A stretch of DNA of 64,000 nt from assembly GCA_050952645.1 (NCBI GenBank), contig JBMNLI010000012.1, positions 64,001-128,000 on the forward strand, written 5' to 3'. Under the pieces are notes generated by a model, which searched no databases, was not told the origin of the DNA, and was given only the letters and a program-made list of their open reading frames with translations. This stretch comes from Bdellovibrionota bacterium (GTDB taxonomy: Bacteria; Bdellovibrionota_C; UBA2361; CAKMMH01). A program made the position numbers and the translations under genes. Of the stretch, positions 9,900 to 20,390 are shown in pieces (position 1 is the stretch's first letter; every line of letters starts with the position of its first letter).

Positions 9900-10137
9900 A
9901 TAAAGTTATATCGAAAGTTTAGTAAAGAAAATTCTTTTTTTAAGGAAATATAGTTTTAAGGAAATAGTTTTAAGGAAATAGTTTAAAGGAAATAATTTAA
10001 AGCAAATAATTTTAAGAAACACAATTTAAAGAAATAAAGAAAGGGGAATTCGATTTAAGTTTAAGTTTTTTTAAAATATTTTTAAGTTGGTCTTTAAGCT
10101 TTAGTAAAAATTAAAAGAAAAAATTTAAAAGAAGAAA

Positions 10138-10182
10138 TAGTCGAGGAAGGAACTAAAACTCCTTCCTCTTCTTCCTCGACTA
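10138..10182 (-). terminator. probable terminator of the minus-strand ORF
   Basis: TAGTCGAGGAAG/CTTCCTCGACTA perfect 12 bp stem with a T-rich tail on the minus strand. Confidence 0.6.
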
Positions 10183-10278
10183 GAGAATTAATGAGGTTAA
10201 ACCTTATTGTCTCTTTTTATGTGTCTATTTCTGAGAGAGCTTAAAACCTCCATGCTGCTAAAGTCGGTGAAAATTCCC

Positions 10279-10674
10279 TTAAGCGTTACGACGGCGACCA
10301 TTTTTTATCGCACGTTTCGTATTTCTCGGGCTTTCCCCAGCGATGAGTCCACTTTCTTCCAAGATGCGAAGCACGTGTTTGCAGATGTTTTTGCTGGTGA
10401 TGCCACGGTTTTTAAGCCAATCTCCAACTTCTCTTTTGGCAAACATCTTGTTAGGGTGTTCTTTTACAAGCTCACTAAAGAGTTTACGAGCTTGTTTCTT
10501 AGCGCTAGGATTTTCAGGGTTTCCATTGCGACTACTCTCCCTCCGACCATTCCCACTATTAGGAACCATCGTCGCATTAGAAACCATCATCGCCGCGCCC
10601 GAATTAACGCTTCCAGTAGCATTCATGTTTTTCACCTTTTCTTTCTGTTGTGAAAATAGCCTATCAAAGACCAT
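10279..10674 (-). CDS. hypothetical basic protein, possible winged-helix-like C-terminal domain
   Basis: Own upstream promoter-like sequence and downstream terminator; VLRILEESGLI resembles a wHTH end; start may be ATG near 10629. Confidence 0.5.
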   Translation of the reverse strand: MVFDRLFSQQKEKVKNMNATGSVNSGAAMMVSNATMVPNSGNGRRESSRNGNPENPSAKKQARKLFSELVKEHPNKMFAKREVGDWLKNRGITSKNICKHVLRILEESGLIAGESPRNTKRAIKNGRRRNA

Positions 10675-10848
10675 TCTTTTTAGGCTATTTTTGAAGCATC
10701 TTTTAAATATAGCAAACTTTTGATATTATGCAAATATATAATTTGCTTTAAAGGTAAAAAATTATTTAGAATTTTAATTAGTTATAAAAAATTTTATTTT
10801 TTATAAGAATATTTTTAATTTTTCCTAAAATAAGTATAATAATTTTCT

Positions 10849-11913
10849 ATGGAGAAAATAAAATATATATTAGGAATTGAAACTAGTTGCGATGATACGG
10901 GCGTTGCTATATGTAAAATAGAAGGTAAAAAAATAACGCTAATAGATGCAATGTTATCTTCTCAGATAGATATCCATAAAGAATACGGAGGTGTAGTCCC
11001 CGAGGTAGCTTCAAGACTTCATTTAGAAAACTTGCCAATATTATTTAAGGAAATTTTAAATAGAAATAATATAACTAAAGAGATGCTTGACGCTATAGGA
11101 GTAACTCAAGGTCCAGGGTTAAAAGGTTCGCTTTTAATGGGAATGAATTACTCTAAAGGTTTGAGTTTCGCTTTAAATAAACCTCTAATAGGTGTTAATC
11201 ATATTAAAGCACATATCATGGCAGCCTTACTAGATAATCAAGAGTTATCATTTCCCTTTCTTGCCGTTGTGGTTTCAGGGGGGCACACAGAGATAATAAG
11301 CGCTAACTCGCTTAGCGATATGAAAGTTTTAACTAAAACTATAGATGATGCAGCTGGTGAGGCATTCGATAAATCTGCTAGCCTTTTAGGTTTCGATTAC
11401 CCGGGAGGAGCTTCGCTTTCACGCCTTGCAGATACAGTTTCGGATGCTTACAAAGGAACAGTGAGTTCTAATAACTTAAAAGAAATAAAAAGCAAGTTTG
11501 CACTTCCTAAAGTTATGAGAGAGGCTAAAGGGTTTAGCTTTTCAGGACTTAAAACTGCCATTTCTCTTCTAGTAAAAAAATATCAAGATGAGCTTCAAGA
11601 TGAAAATATAAAAGCGTGCCTCTGTTATGCTATACAAGATGCAATAGTAGATGCTATAATTTATAAAACTAAAAAAATACTAAAAACGCCAAGCTATAAA
11701 AATTATAAAAACGTAGTACTCGCTGGGGGAGTAGCCGCTAATAAATGTTTAAGAAAAAGATTTGAAAATTTACAAGGCGTAAATTTATATCTTCCAGATT
11801 TTAAACATTGCCAAGATAATGGAGCCATGGTCGCTTACTTAGCTTCAAAAATGTATTTAGAAAATGATTTTATTTCTCTCGATGCGAAAGTATATCCTAG
11901 ATGGGAATTGTAA
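10849..11913 (+). CDS. tsaD: tRNA N6-adenosine threonylcarbamoyltransferase
   Basis: ILGIETSCDDT, GGVVPEVASR.H, NHI.AH, VSGGHT, GEAFDK and FSFSGLKT motifs. Confidence 0.98.
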   Translation: MEKIKYILGIETSCDDTGVAICKIEGKKITLIDAMLSSQIDIHKEYGGVVPEVASRLHLENLPILFKEILNRNNITKEMLDAIGVTQGPGLKGSLLMGMNYSKGLSFALNKPLIGVNHIKAHIMAALLDNQELSFPFLAVVVSGGHTEIISANSLSDMKVLTKTIDDAAGEAFDKSASLLGFDYPGGASLSRLADTVSDAYKGTVSSNNLKEIKSKFALPKVMREAKGFSFSGLKTAISLLVKKYQDELQDENIKACLCYAIQDAIVDAIIYKTKKILKTPSYKNYKNVVLAGGVAANKCLRKRFENLQGVNLYLPDFKHCQDNGAMVAYLASKMYLENDFISLDAKVYPRWEL

Positions 11914-11916
11914 TTT

Positions 11917-12744
11917 ATGTATGTAAAAGAAAAATTAAAAGAACTAGACGTTAGAGCTTCAAAAGCTAGAGGACAAAATTTCGTAATAAACGATAGGCTA
12001 ATAGAAAATATAATGAGCTTTGCTAATCTTAATGAGGATGAAAATATTATTGAAATAGGGCCAGGGCTTGGTGCTTTAACTAAAGAGCTTTATAAATTTA
12101 AAAATTTAAAAGTTATAGAAATAGAAGAAAAATTTGCTGAAGATTTAAAAAAAAGATTTCCTAATTTAGAAATTATAAATAAAGATGTTAGAAGCGTTTC
12201 TCTGTCGGATTTTGGAGATAATTTAACAATTTTAGGGAATTTACCCTATTCATTTTCTTCAGATATCATTTCTCATCTTATCGCTTACGCTCCGTATATA
12301 AATAGGGCAATTTTGCTTTTGCAAAAAGAGTTTGCGATGCGTCTAGCTGCAAGCCCGAGCACGAAATCTTACGGCTCTTTGTCCGTAGCTTGTCAACTAT
12401 GGGCAGAGCCAAGGCTTGGTGCCGTTTTTAAGGGAGGTTCTTTTCATCCCCCCACAAAAGTAGACTCGCAAATAATAGAGCTTAAATTTTATAAAGACAC
12501 TAGGTTTAACGTCAAAGATGCTTTTTGGCTTCAGCGTTTCGTTAGAGCATGCTTTTCAAAGCGAAGAAAAAAAATTATAAATAGCTTGAAGTCGACTTCC
12601 ATCTTTCCAATAGATAAATTAGAGCAAGCTTTTAAAGATACTAATATAGACGGCAATCGTAGACCTGAAACTTTTTCTATACAAGAGTTTATCACTCTTT
12701 CTGAAGCATTTGGAAAAATTTTATACGATATAGAGAAAAAATAA
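11917..12744 (+). CDS. rsmA: 16S rRNA m6,2A dimethyltransferase KsgA
   Basis: GQNF, EIGPGLGALT, GNLPY, QKE.A.RL and F.PP.KVDS motifs. Confidence 0.96.
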   Translation: MYVKEKLKELDVRASKARGQNFVINDRLIENIMSFANLNEDENIIEIGPGLGALTKELYKFKNLKVIEIEEKFAEDLKKRFPNLEIINKDVRSVSLSDFGDNLTILGNLPYSFSSDIISHLIAYAPYINRAILLLQKEFAMRLAASPSTKSYGSLSVACQLWAEPRLGAVFKGGSFHPPTKVDSQIIELKFYKDTRFNVKDAFWLQRFVRACFSKRRKKIINSLKSTSIFPIDKLEQAFKDTNIDGNRRPETFSIQEFITLSEAFGKILYDIEKK

Positions 12745-12849
12745 AAAACTATAAAAATATTTTATAAATATAATATATCTTTTTAAATCGGGTAAAAATA
12801 GTATAATAAGACCGTTATCGTTTAGTCTTTTTTAAAAGGAAAAATTTTT

Positions 12850-14301
12850 GTGAATAATAGTTTAAGTGATAATTGCCTTGAAGGGCTGTATAAAGAAATA
12901 TCAGAAAAAATAAAGTGTGAAATAAATGAAAAGGGTGGCACTTTAATAAACTTTAATCCGATAAAGCTTGATTTTTGCGACGATGTAGAGGCAGGAGATT
13001 TAAGGCAATCGGACTATTTAAAAAACGTAAATATCGGATACACCTATCCTATGGGGCTTATGAATTTAAACAACGTGTCAACGCCAAGAAAGGGGATAGT
13101 CGGAAAGGTTATATTAAAAACAAAGCGAAGAATTAAAAAGTTCCTAGTAGGAATTTTAGATGAATATCTTAAAGCGGAAAAAGAGCAAAATGAAAATATA
13201 GTTTGTTTTTTAAATGAAGTGCCGAGATACGTAGATAAGAGAGATAATTATATATTTTTAGAGTTAATAAGAAAAGTCGATAGCGATTTATGCACTCTTA
13301 ATAAAAAAATAGAAGAACTCGCAGATAAACAATGGGTATTAGAAGAGAGCGTTCAAGAAAAACTAGAAACCTACCATAAAGATTATAATGTAAATTTTGT
13401 AAATGAAACTAAGGCTAGAGACAATCATACTCAAATAAGACTTAATACTCTTTTTTCTATCGTAGAAGAATTAGAAAGGATAATAAAGAGTTTTTCTAAA
13501 GAGCAAAAAGATAGTTTTAGTAAAGATAATAATAATAATAATAATAATAATGATAATAATGATAATGATAATAATAACGAAAGAATACTTTTAGGTGATG
13601 TAGATTACGGTTATCTGTTCCACGAGCTTAAGTTTAGGGGGAGTAGTAAGGATATTAAGGAAAGGCAAAGAGTTTATATAGATATAATAAAAGAAATCGA
13701 TATTAAAAATGGTGATGTAATAGACATAGGCGCCGGGAGAGGTGAGCTTTTAGAGCTACTAAAAGAAAATAATATAGATGCAATAGGCGTTGAAACTGAT
13801 GATGGAATGCTAGATGTCTTAAATGAAAAAAATTTAAAAGCTATAAAATCAGATGGACTATCTTACTTAAAATCATTAAAAGATGGTGAAGTGCCTTGTA
13901 TTATCGCTCTTCAAGTAGTAGAGCATTTATCGTTTGATTATTTACATAGTCTTATAAATGAAGCAAATAGAGTGCTAATAAAAGGAGGAAAACTTATATT
14001 AGAAACTATAAATCCACTTTCATTTTTCGCTTTAACATCTAGCTTTTTTAAAGACTATACTCATAAGTGGCCTATTCACCCCGATGTTCTAGAGCAATTT
14101 TTAAAGCTAGGCGGCTTTCAAAAAGTAGATAGTTTAAAATTATCTAAGGTTCCTAATGAGGTCTCGCTAAAAAATATAGAGATAAGCGAGTTTATGCCAC
14201 CTAGCCAAGTTAATTTTGTAAAAGAATACAATGATAATATCTCTAAATTAAATAATCTTTTGTATGGATTTCAAGATTACGCACTTATAGCAAGAAAGTA
14301 A
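12850..14301 (+). CDS. class I SAM-dependent methyltransferase with coiled-coil N-terminus and poly-Asn linker
   Basis: E.KFRGS...IKERQ, DIGAGRGE, QVVEHL, ETINP, F.KD.TH..PIHP and QDYALIARK motifs (type often linked to surface glycans). Confidence 0.85.
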   Translation: MNNSLSDNCLEGLYKEISEKIKCEINEKGGTLINFNPIKLDFCDDVEAGDLRQSDYLKNVNIGYTYPMGLMNLNNVSTPRKGIVGKVILKTKRRIKKFLVGILDEYLKAEKEQNENIVCFLNEVPRYVDKRDNYIFLELIRKVDSDLCTLNKKIEELADKQWVLEESVQEKLETYHKDYNVNFVNETKARDNHTQIRLNTLFSIVEELERIIKSFSKEQKDSFSKDNNNNNNNNDNNDNDNNNERILLGDVDYGYLFHELKFRGSSKDIKERQRVYIDIIKEIDIKNGDVIDIGAGRGELLELLKENNIDAIGVETDDGMLDVLNEKNLKAIKSDGLSYLKSLKDGEVPCIIALQVVEHLSFDYLHSLINEANRVLIKGGKLILETINPLSFFALTSSFFKDYTHKWPIHPDVLEQFLKLGGFQKVDSLKLSKVPNEVSLKNIEISEFMPPSQVNFVKEYNDNISKLNNLLYGFQDYALIARK

Positions 14302-14370
14302 AAGAAATCAAAAGTAAGTAAAAAAGATAGTAAAAAAGTAAGCGAAAAAAAGTAAAAAATATTTAGTTTT

Positions 14371-14387
14371 TTGGTATACCATTTGCA
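14371..14387 (+). promoter_or_regulatory. sigma54 (-24/-12) promoter of flgKL
   Basis: TTGGTATACCATTTGCA has the GG-N10-GC spacing, ~65 bp upstream of the flgK start. Confidence 0.7.
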
Positions 14388-14450
14388 ATATCTATTTAAA
14401 AATGTTTTAAACGGAAAGATTTTCCTATTTTATTTTTTTTGGATATTGCT

Positions 14451-16097
14451 ATGGCTTATAATTACGGTTCAAGAATTTTAAACAATGCTGTTAGTGGTTT
14501 ACACGCTCAACAAGGAGTTATAGCGACTACTGGTAATAATATAGCAAACGTCGATACGGAAGGATACACGAGACGAGTTGCAAGAATAACGAACAGAACG
14601 GAGGAAAATTCTGCCTCACTTCGTATAGGAAATGGGGTAGAGATAGGAGAAATTCAAAGATACTCAGATGCATACATAGAGGGCAAATTAAGGGATGCGT
14701 TAGCTTTTAAAGAAAAAGGAGCTACTGAAGATGAATTTGTAAGTCGCATAGAGTCGCTGTTTGATTTAACGGGCGAGTCTCAAACTATTGGAAGCTCTTT
14801 AACCGCTTTTTATAGTGCTATAGATGATTTAAGTGTTAATCCATCAAATATAGAGCTAAGAACTAATCTATTAGAAAGCGCAAAGACTTTAATAAGCTCT
14901 ATAAAGTCGACTTATGAAGCAGTGGCGGCTCTTCAAGATGAAGCGGATGTTAGGATTGCAAATGAGTTAAATACTGTAAATGCACTTACTAGGTCTATTG
15001 CTAATTTAAATTTAAGAATATCATCTATCGAAAGGTCGGGGATTAATCATGCTTTTGATGAAAGAGATGAGAGAGATAAATTGCTTTTAGATTTATCTGA
15101 AAAGATAGACTACGATTTGATAGAAAATAGTGATGGCTCGGTTACCGTTTCTCTTTCTAATGGTTTCTATTTAGTTCATAGTGGAAATTACCATGAACTT
15201 TCCGTAGATAAAACTCCAAGCTTTTTAAAAGGAAATCTCCCTGCTGAGTCGCTTTCTGGTGGAAATTTAAGCTATATTACTTATGATTATAGTTATGGAG
15301 CAGGAACTGGAGATATAAATTTAACTAATATTATAGCTAGAGGCGGTGGTTCTATCGCTGGGCTTTTAAATGTAAGAGGTGTTCAATCACCTACAGACGA
15401 TTCGCCTTTTGATGCAAACGGTCATTTAGTCGATATAGCACAAAGGATAGAGGGAGTTACGAGAAATTTACTTACGAGATTTAACGAGGTTTACTTAGGA
15501 CCAGATCCTCAAAATGGTTTATTTTCAGGCGATTTAGATGGTAATAATCCTGCTACTTTTGGTTTTTTTACATTTGCTGGAGCTACTGATTTTGATGGAG
15601 ATAACATACCGACTAACGCAGATTTAGATGCGACTTTAACTAACATTCATTCTTATTCTAGATATTTAGAGCTTGGCGTTAAAAATGCTAGAAATATTGC
15701 TGCTGCATATCCAAGCGAGGTTTCTCTTGGTGTTTATGAATACGCCCCTGGGGATTCTAGAAACTTATCTGCTATTTCAGATCTTAAAAATGATAAGACC
15801 ATGGTATTTAATGTGCCACAAGGAAACGGGACGTATTCTTTTATGGGAACTTTTGAAGAGTCCTATCATGAGATGGTAAACTTTGTAGGAAATTTAAGAT
15901 CTAGAACTATGGTAAATAAATCTGTAAGTGAAGATAAGTATATTTCGACGCTTAATGAACACGACCAAGTGTCTGCCGTAAGTCTAGATGAAGAATACAC
16001 TAGACTTATAACTGCACAACAATCTTACCAAGCTTCTGCAAGAATGATTAGAATAGCACAAGAATTATTTGATGAGATTATCGCTATGTATTCATAG
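14451..16097 (+). CDS. flgK: flagellar hook-associated protein 1
   Basis: GNNIANVDTEGYTR N-terminus, VSLDEE...LI..QQSYQASARMI C-terminus; ATG 14451 preferred. Confidence 0.95.
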   Translation: MAYNYGSRILNNAVSGLHAQQGVIATTGNNIANVDTEGYTRRVARITNRTEENSASLRIGNGVEIGEIQRYSDAYIEGKLRDALAFKEKGATEDEFVSRIESLFDLTGESQTIGSSLTAFYSAIDDLSVNPSNIELRTNLLESAKTLISSIKSTYEAVAALQDEADVRIANELNTVNALTRSIANLNLRISSIERSGINHAFDERDERDKLLLDLSEKIDYDLIENSDGSVTVSLSNGFYLVHSGNYHELSVDKTPSFLKGNLPAESLSGGNLSYITYDYSYGAGTGDINLTNIIARGGGSIAGLLNVRGVQSPTDDSPFDANGHLVDIAQRIEGVTRNLLTRFNEVYLGPDPQNGLFSGDLDGNNPATFGFFTFAGATDFDGDNIPTNADLDATLTNIHSYSRYLELGVKNARNIAAAYPSEVSLGVYEYAPGDSRNLSAISDLKNDKTMVFNVPQGNGTYSFMGTFEESYHEMVNFVGNLRSRTMVNKSVSEDKYISTLNEHDQVSAVSLDEEYTRLITAQQSYQASARMIRIAQELFDEIIAMYS

Positions 16098-16149
16098 CGT
16101 TAAAATATTTTAATATTTTATATAAAGATTTTTAAAGGATAAATTTTTT

Positions 16150-17151
16150 ATGAGAGTAACTGAATCGCAAACGAGAAGAACGTTAGTTTCACAAATTACT
16201 ACAAATAGATTAAATGTCGATAAGTATAGTAATCAAGTGACTACAGGGCTAAGCGTGCAAGAGCCTGGGGACTCTAAACAGTCTGGCACGATTTCAAGAT
16301 TTAATGAGAGTTATAATAGAAACGAATCTCATATTCAAAGAATATCGATGGTAAAATCGCTTTTAGAATACCAAGAAGGGATAGTAACCTCTCTTAGTGA
16401 TTACGTTATTCGTGCTAAAGAGCTAGCTGCGCAAGGCGCTAATGAAACTTATGGAGTAGAAAAGAGGCGTGCTTTAGCAAGCGAGGTTTTTGCGATGCGA
16501 GATAGTGTTGTATCTTTAGCAAACTCTAAATATCAAGGTGTTTACATATATGGCTCGGCCGATGATGACGACCCTCCTTATGATAGGGTGGCAGACTACG
16601 TGCCTGCATCTAACGGGTTGGCCGATGAAAGGTATGCTTTCGATAAAGAGGCTGGAACGGATGTGGTAAAGCAAGTCGTTATTACGGACTCGCTTACCAT
16701 TAACGTATCTACTAGAGGAGATAAGATTTTTGATAATCTTATAACTTCTTTAGAAAGATTAGGAAGAACTCTATCTGGATATAAAACTGATGTAGATGCT
16801 GATGGCAAGTCCTTAGGAACTGGCGATCCTTACGACTTTGAAAATGATTATAAGAATGCTTACACACAGCAAACTGAAGATATAAGAAAATGTTTAGACT
16901 TAGTAAATAAGTCTAGCACTGAAGATATTTTACCTGAACAAGCAAGCCTTGCAGGAAGACTTACTAGGCTAGATATTTCTAAATCGATTTTAAATATTAC
17001 TAACACATCTACTAAAGAGGCTTTATCTACGCTCCAAGAGGTAGATGCTTATGAGGCTGCTTCAAATTTAGTTAATGCTCAAACTGCACTTAATGCATCT
17101 TTTTTGGTAACTAGTAGAATTTTAAGGCTAAGTTTTTTAGATTATATTTAA
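16150..17151 (+). CDS. flgL: flagellar hook-associated protein 3
   Basis: MRVT start, flagellin-like N domain, ends LSFLDYI; follows flgK. Confidence 0.92.
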   Translation: MRVTESQTRRTLVSQITTNRLNVDKYSNQVTTGLSVQEPGDSKQSGTISRFNESYNRNESHIQRISMVKSLLEYQEGIVTSLSDYVIRAKELAAQGANETYGVEKRRALASEVFAMRDSVVSLANSKYQGVYIYGSADDDDPPYDRVADYVPASNGLADERYAFDKEAGTDVVKQVVITDSLTINVSTRGDKIFDNLITSLERLGRTLSGYKTDVDADGKSLGTGDPYDFENDYKNAYTQQTEDIRKCLDLVNKSSTEDILPEQASLAGRLTRLDISKSILNITNTSTKEALSTLQEVDAYEAASNLVNAQTALNASFLVTSRILRLSFLDYI

Positions 17152-17237
17152 AGTATATTTTAAAGCGGTATCTGTTATTTTTTTAATTATTTAGTTCTTA
17201 ATTATATTCTTTAATTATGTTTTTTTAATTATGTTCC

Positions 17238-17723
17238 TTAATTATAAAGCATTCCCGATGTGGCGGTTTGGAGTGCGTTTTTATATCTAATAATTTCTTG
17301 GTTAAGTGAGTTAACGTCATCTATATTTCTTAATGTAATTTCGATTTCTGATGTGCTAGCAGTAGAGATTTGAAGGTCGCCATATCCAACTAAGCGTCCT
17401 AAAATGGTTTGGTTAGTCTTTATTTCTCTAATATCTATATAGTTGATAGTATTTCTAGTTAAATGAAAAGAGATTATGCCTTGAACGGAAATGATTTTAT
17501 CGGAGTGGATAACGTACTTATCGTTAAAATATCTTCTAATTACCTCTAGAACGCATATCGCCATTAAGACGTAATACACGGCATCTATTTGAACATTGCC
17601 AATTTTACAATCGACTGCGCAAGTTGCGATAGCATAAATGTAAAGAAAGGAAATTGGTAATGTAGCAAAAATAAAAAACAATAGTAGTGCTTTTATAGAT
17701 GGGCGAACCGTTTTTATTTTCAT
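17238..17723 (-). CDS. bacterial PH-domain membrane protein
   Basis: Two TM helices then Y.I....I....GI, QTILGRLVGYGDL.I.TA (bPH_2 pattern). Confidence 0.8.
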   Translation of the reverse strand: MKIKTVRPSIKALLLFFIFATLPISFLYIYAIATCAVDCKIGNVQIDAVYYVLMAICVLEVIRRYFNDKYVIHSDKIISVQGIISFHLTRNTINYIDIREIKTNQTILGRLVGYGDLQISTASTSEIEITLRNIDDVNSLNQEIIRYKNALQTATSGMLYN

Positions 17724-17932
17724 AAGTGAAATATTATATTATCTATTATTTTATGCAAGTAATCTTTTATAATCTTTACGTTTTATTTGTATTCTTTCTT
17801 TTTAATTCAAATATCGTTTTTATTAAGTTTTTTATTAACTTTTTTAAAATGATTTAAACTTTAATAATTCTTTTTATTCTCGTTTAAGCCTTGCAAAAAA
17901 AATAATTTTATTGTATAAATTTTTAACATTAT

Positions 17933-18005
17933 GCACCAATAGCTCAGCTGGTAGAGCAGGAGACTCTTAATCTCTTGGTCGTGGGTTCGAATCCCCCTTG
18001 GTGCA
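17933..18005 (+). tRNA. tRNA-Lys (anticodon CTT), CCA not encoded
   Basis: Acceptor GCACCAA/TTGGTGC, D arm GCTC/GAGC, anticodon loop CTCTTAA, TTCGAAT T-loop (one T-stem mismatch). Confidence 0.95.
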
Positions 18006-18346
18006 TATTTTTTTTATATTTATTTGAATTTATCTGTATTTATTTTTTATTTTTGTTTTTATTTTTATCTTTGCTAGTCTATTTGTCTTAAATTTATCAA
18101 TAAATTCTATCAAATTTTTCTTTAGCGTTTTTTCTTTAGCGTTTTTTCTTTAGCGTTTTGTTTCCCCATGTTTTTTAGTAGTTTGTTATATCTTTATAAA
18201 AAAACCTTATAAAAAAAACTTATAAATTAAGCTAGTTGTGGTTTTTTTAGAAGAATTTAGAAGCATAGTGCTAAGTTATTAAGATAGAATAACTACATTA
18301 AGGATGGCACTTATATCTTGATTTTTTTAAAAAGGACACTTAATTT

Positions 18347-18493
18347 ATGATTCCACAAAATGTATTAAGAGATTTTAAAGTAGTTGATATCGATATAACT
18401 AAACATCCTGATTATCAAAAATTAAAAAAAGAAATAGAAACATTAGAAAAAAAATTAAATGAAAAAAGACACTACTTAATTTTTAAGAGTTAA
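18347..18493 (+). CDS. small hypothetical protein (48 aa, coiled-coil-like) or gene remnant
   Basis: MIPQNVLRDFKVVDIDITKHPDYQKLKKEIETLEKKL... preceded by AAGGA; below the ORF-track cutoff. Confidence 0.35.
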   Translation: MIPQNVLRDFKVVDIDITKHPDYQKLKKEIETLEKKLNEKRHYLIFKS

Positions 18494-18873
18494 ATTTTTT
18501 CTATCTCTGATTTTCTGTAATTTTCTTATAGCTTATTTTATAGTTCTTTTTATAATTGATGTATAAACTAAATGTTAAAGCTATATTTAGTAAAAAAGTT
18601 AAAGAATACTAGAAAGGTAGTTTTGTTTTTATAATTTTTTTTAAAAGAAACTTTTCTTAATCTTACGTTAATCTTACGGTTTTTTTCTATTATCTTTAAT
18701 AAATTTATTTACGAAAAAAGCCTTTAAAGAAGCTTCTTTATCGTTTTTCGTCTTAAAATCTTATCAAAAATTCCTAGTAATTTTAATAACATAAATTTTA
18801 TTCTTATTTTTTTTATAGTTGACTAATTTCTTTAGTTAGTGTAATTTTTTTAGTTGACTACTTAAGATTTTTT

Positions 18874-18997
18874 AGGCGTCTTGAAGCAAGAGTTCTTGCA
18901 TAGTAAAATTTCGAGATTTTAATTTTATAAATAAATATCTTATAAATAAATATCGAAGAGTTGTTATGCAAGAACTCTAATGTTTTTCAAGATGTTT
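18874..18997 (+). other. long imperfect hairpin upstream of the porin gene
   Basis: GGCGTCTTGAA/TTCAAGATGTT and AGAGTTCTTGCATAG/TTATGCAAGAACTCT arms with G-U pairs. Confidence 0.6.
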
Positions 18998-19071
18998 TAA
19001 TTATCTAACTAGATTGTTTTGTAGTCGAAAAAATTAATTAATTAATTTTATTATTTTTGGGAGAATAAAAT

Positions 19072-20262
19072 ATGCGAAAAATAATTGCATTAGCAGGATT
19101 ATCTCTCCTTCTTCCGTTTACATCTCAAGCAAGAACGCTAGAAGATATCCTAGTTGAAAAGGGTATCGTTACTAGAAATGAACTTGCTTTAGTTAAGGAA
19201 GAAACTGCTGAGGAACCTGTAAAAATTTATTGGAATGAAGGAAGCCGTGTGGAATTTCCTGATGATGGATTTACTGCAAGGGTTTACACTAAATTCCGTT
19301 CAAGATATGAGTTCATCGATAACGATGGTGATGTAGAAAATGAGGATAATTTTGAAAATACCGACTTAACTTTAGGTATCGATGGAACGGCCCTTTATAA
19401 TGACTTTTACTATAAGTTTGATGCTAACTTCGCTAAAGACGGTAGCGATATGATTGAGGATGCTTACGTTCAATGGCAACCTTGTGATAATATGTACGCT
19501 CGTCTAGGTCAGTGGAGAACTGAGATCTCAAGACAAAGCAATACTAGCTCTAGCAAAAAGCAATTTCTTGATGATACAGTTGCTTCAAGCATTGTAGATA
19601 AAGGATATTTACATGGATTTGGAGCTGGTGGAGACGTATTAGATGGCAAAATTAAGTTCGGTGCATCTGTAAGAGGTGGAACTAGCGATGGTGAAGGAAG
19701 CAACAGACCTGGTATTGACAATGATGTTGCTGGCTATGCTTACGCTAGATGGGACGTATTAGGAGAAATGGATCCATTTGAAGAAGGCGATCTTGCAAAT
19801 ACTGAAGATTTGGCTATCAATGTTGGAACGGCTTATGGCTATTCTGATATGAATGCTTTAGGTGATGTGTATGCTGACCAAGCATTAAGTGCTGATATTA
19901 ACTTAAAGTATAGAGGGCTTTCACTAGCTGGTGAATATTTCTACGATAAGCTTGATGCAGAAATTACAGACGATTCTGCTGATTACAATGGCTTCTACGT
20001 TCAAGCTGGCTACTTTGTATTACCTCAACAATTAGAACTTGCTTCTCGTTTCGGTTATTCAGACTGTGATGGTGGAAGAATGTGGGGACAATGTGCAGGT
20101 AATGATAACATCAAACAAGCTTCTGTTGTAGCTAACTACTACTTTTGGGGACAACACCTAAAAGCACAAGTTGGTTATGATATGATTCAAGAAAAAGATG
20201 CTTCTACTAGAAGAAACGATAATACTAATAAATGGTTAGTAGGTGTTTCTACTTGGTGGTAA
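19072..20262 (+). CDS. outer-membrane porin, OprO/OprP-like
   Basis: Signal peptide, LEDILVEKG N-terminal helix, DAYV, GFYVQAGYF, YYF.G..LK.Q and terminal aromatic residue. Confidence 0.75.
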   Translation: MRKIIALAGLSLLLPFTSQARTLEDILVEKGIVTRNELALVKEETAEEPVKIYWNEGSRVEFPDDGFTARVYTKFRSRYEFIDNDGDVENEDNFENTDLTLGIDGTALYNDFYYKFDANFAKDGSDMIEDAYVQWQPCDNMYARLGQWRTEISRQSNTSSSKKQFLDDTVASSIVDKGYLHGFGAGGDVLDGKIKFGASVRGGTSDGEGSNRPGIDNDVAGYAYARWDVLGEMDPFEEGDLANTEDLAINVGTAYGYSDMNALGDVYADQALSADINLKYRGLSLAGEYFYDKLDAEITDDSADYNGFYVQAGYFVLPQQLELASRFGYSDCDGGRMWGQCAGNDNIKQASVVANYYFWGQHLKAQVGYDMIQEKDASTRRNDNTNKWLVGVSTWW

Positions 20263-20296
20263 GAAATATCTTTTAGCTTGAGCAGAAAGCTATTTT

Positions 20297-20337
20297 AAGG
20301 GATATCTTGCAAAGTTTTTGTGGGATATCCTTTTTTT
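20297..20337 (+). terminator. intrinsic terminator after the porin
   Basis: GGATATCTTGC/GTGGGATATCC stem plus T7. Confidence 0.8.
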
Positions 20338-20390
20338 ATGTTTTTTATTTATATCTTGTTTATTTAGCAAATTATTTTATTATATAAATT

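Noticed and set aside
9936..10035. Repeated TTTAAGGAAATAG units as a possible CRISPR array
   Set aside because: Units are ~14 bp, adjacent and degenerate, with no unique spacers and no cas genes in the window
17933..18500. Integrative element inserted at tRNA-Lys
   Set aside because: No integrase and no duplicated tRNA 3' end noticed in the window
18657..18678. Perfect 11-bp tandem TTAATCTTACG as a Pho-box-like site for the porin
   Set aside because: Does not match CTGTCAT, lies ~400 bp from the gene, and similar tandem duplications are common in this sequence
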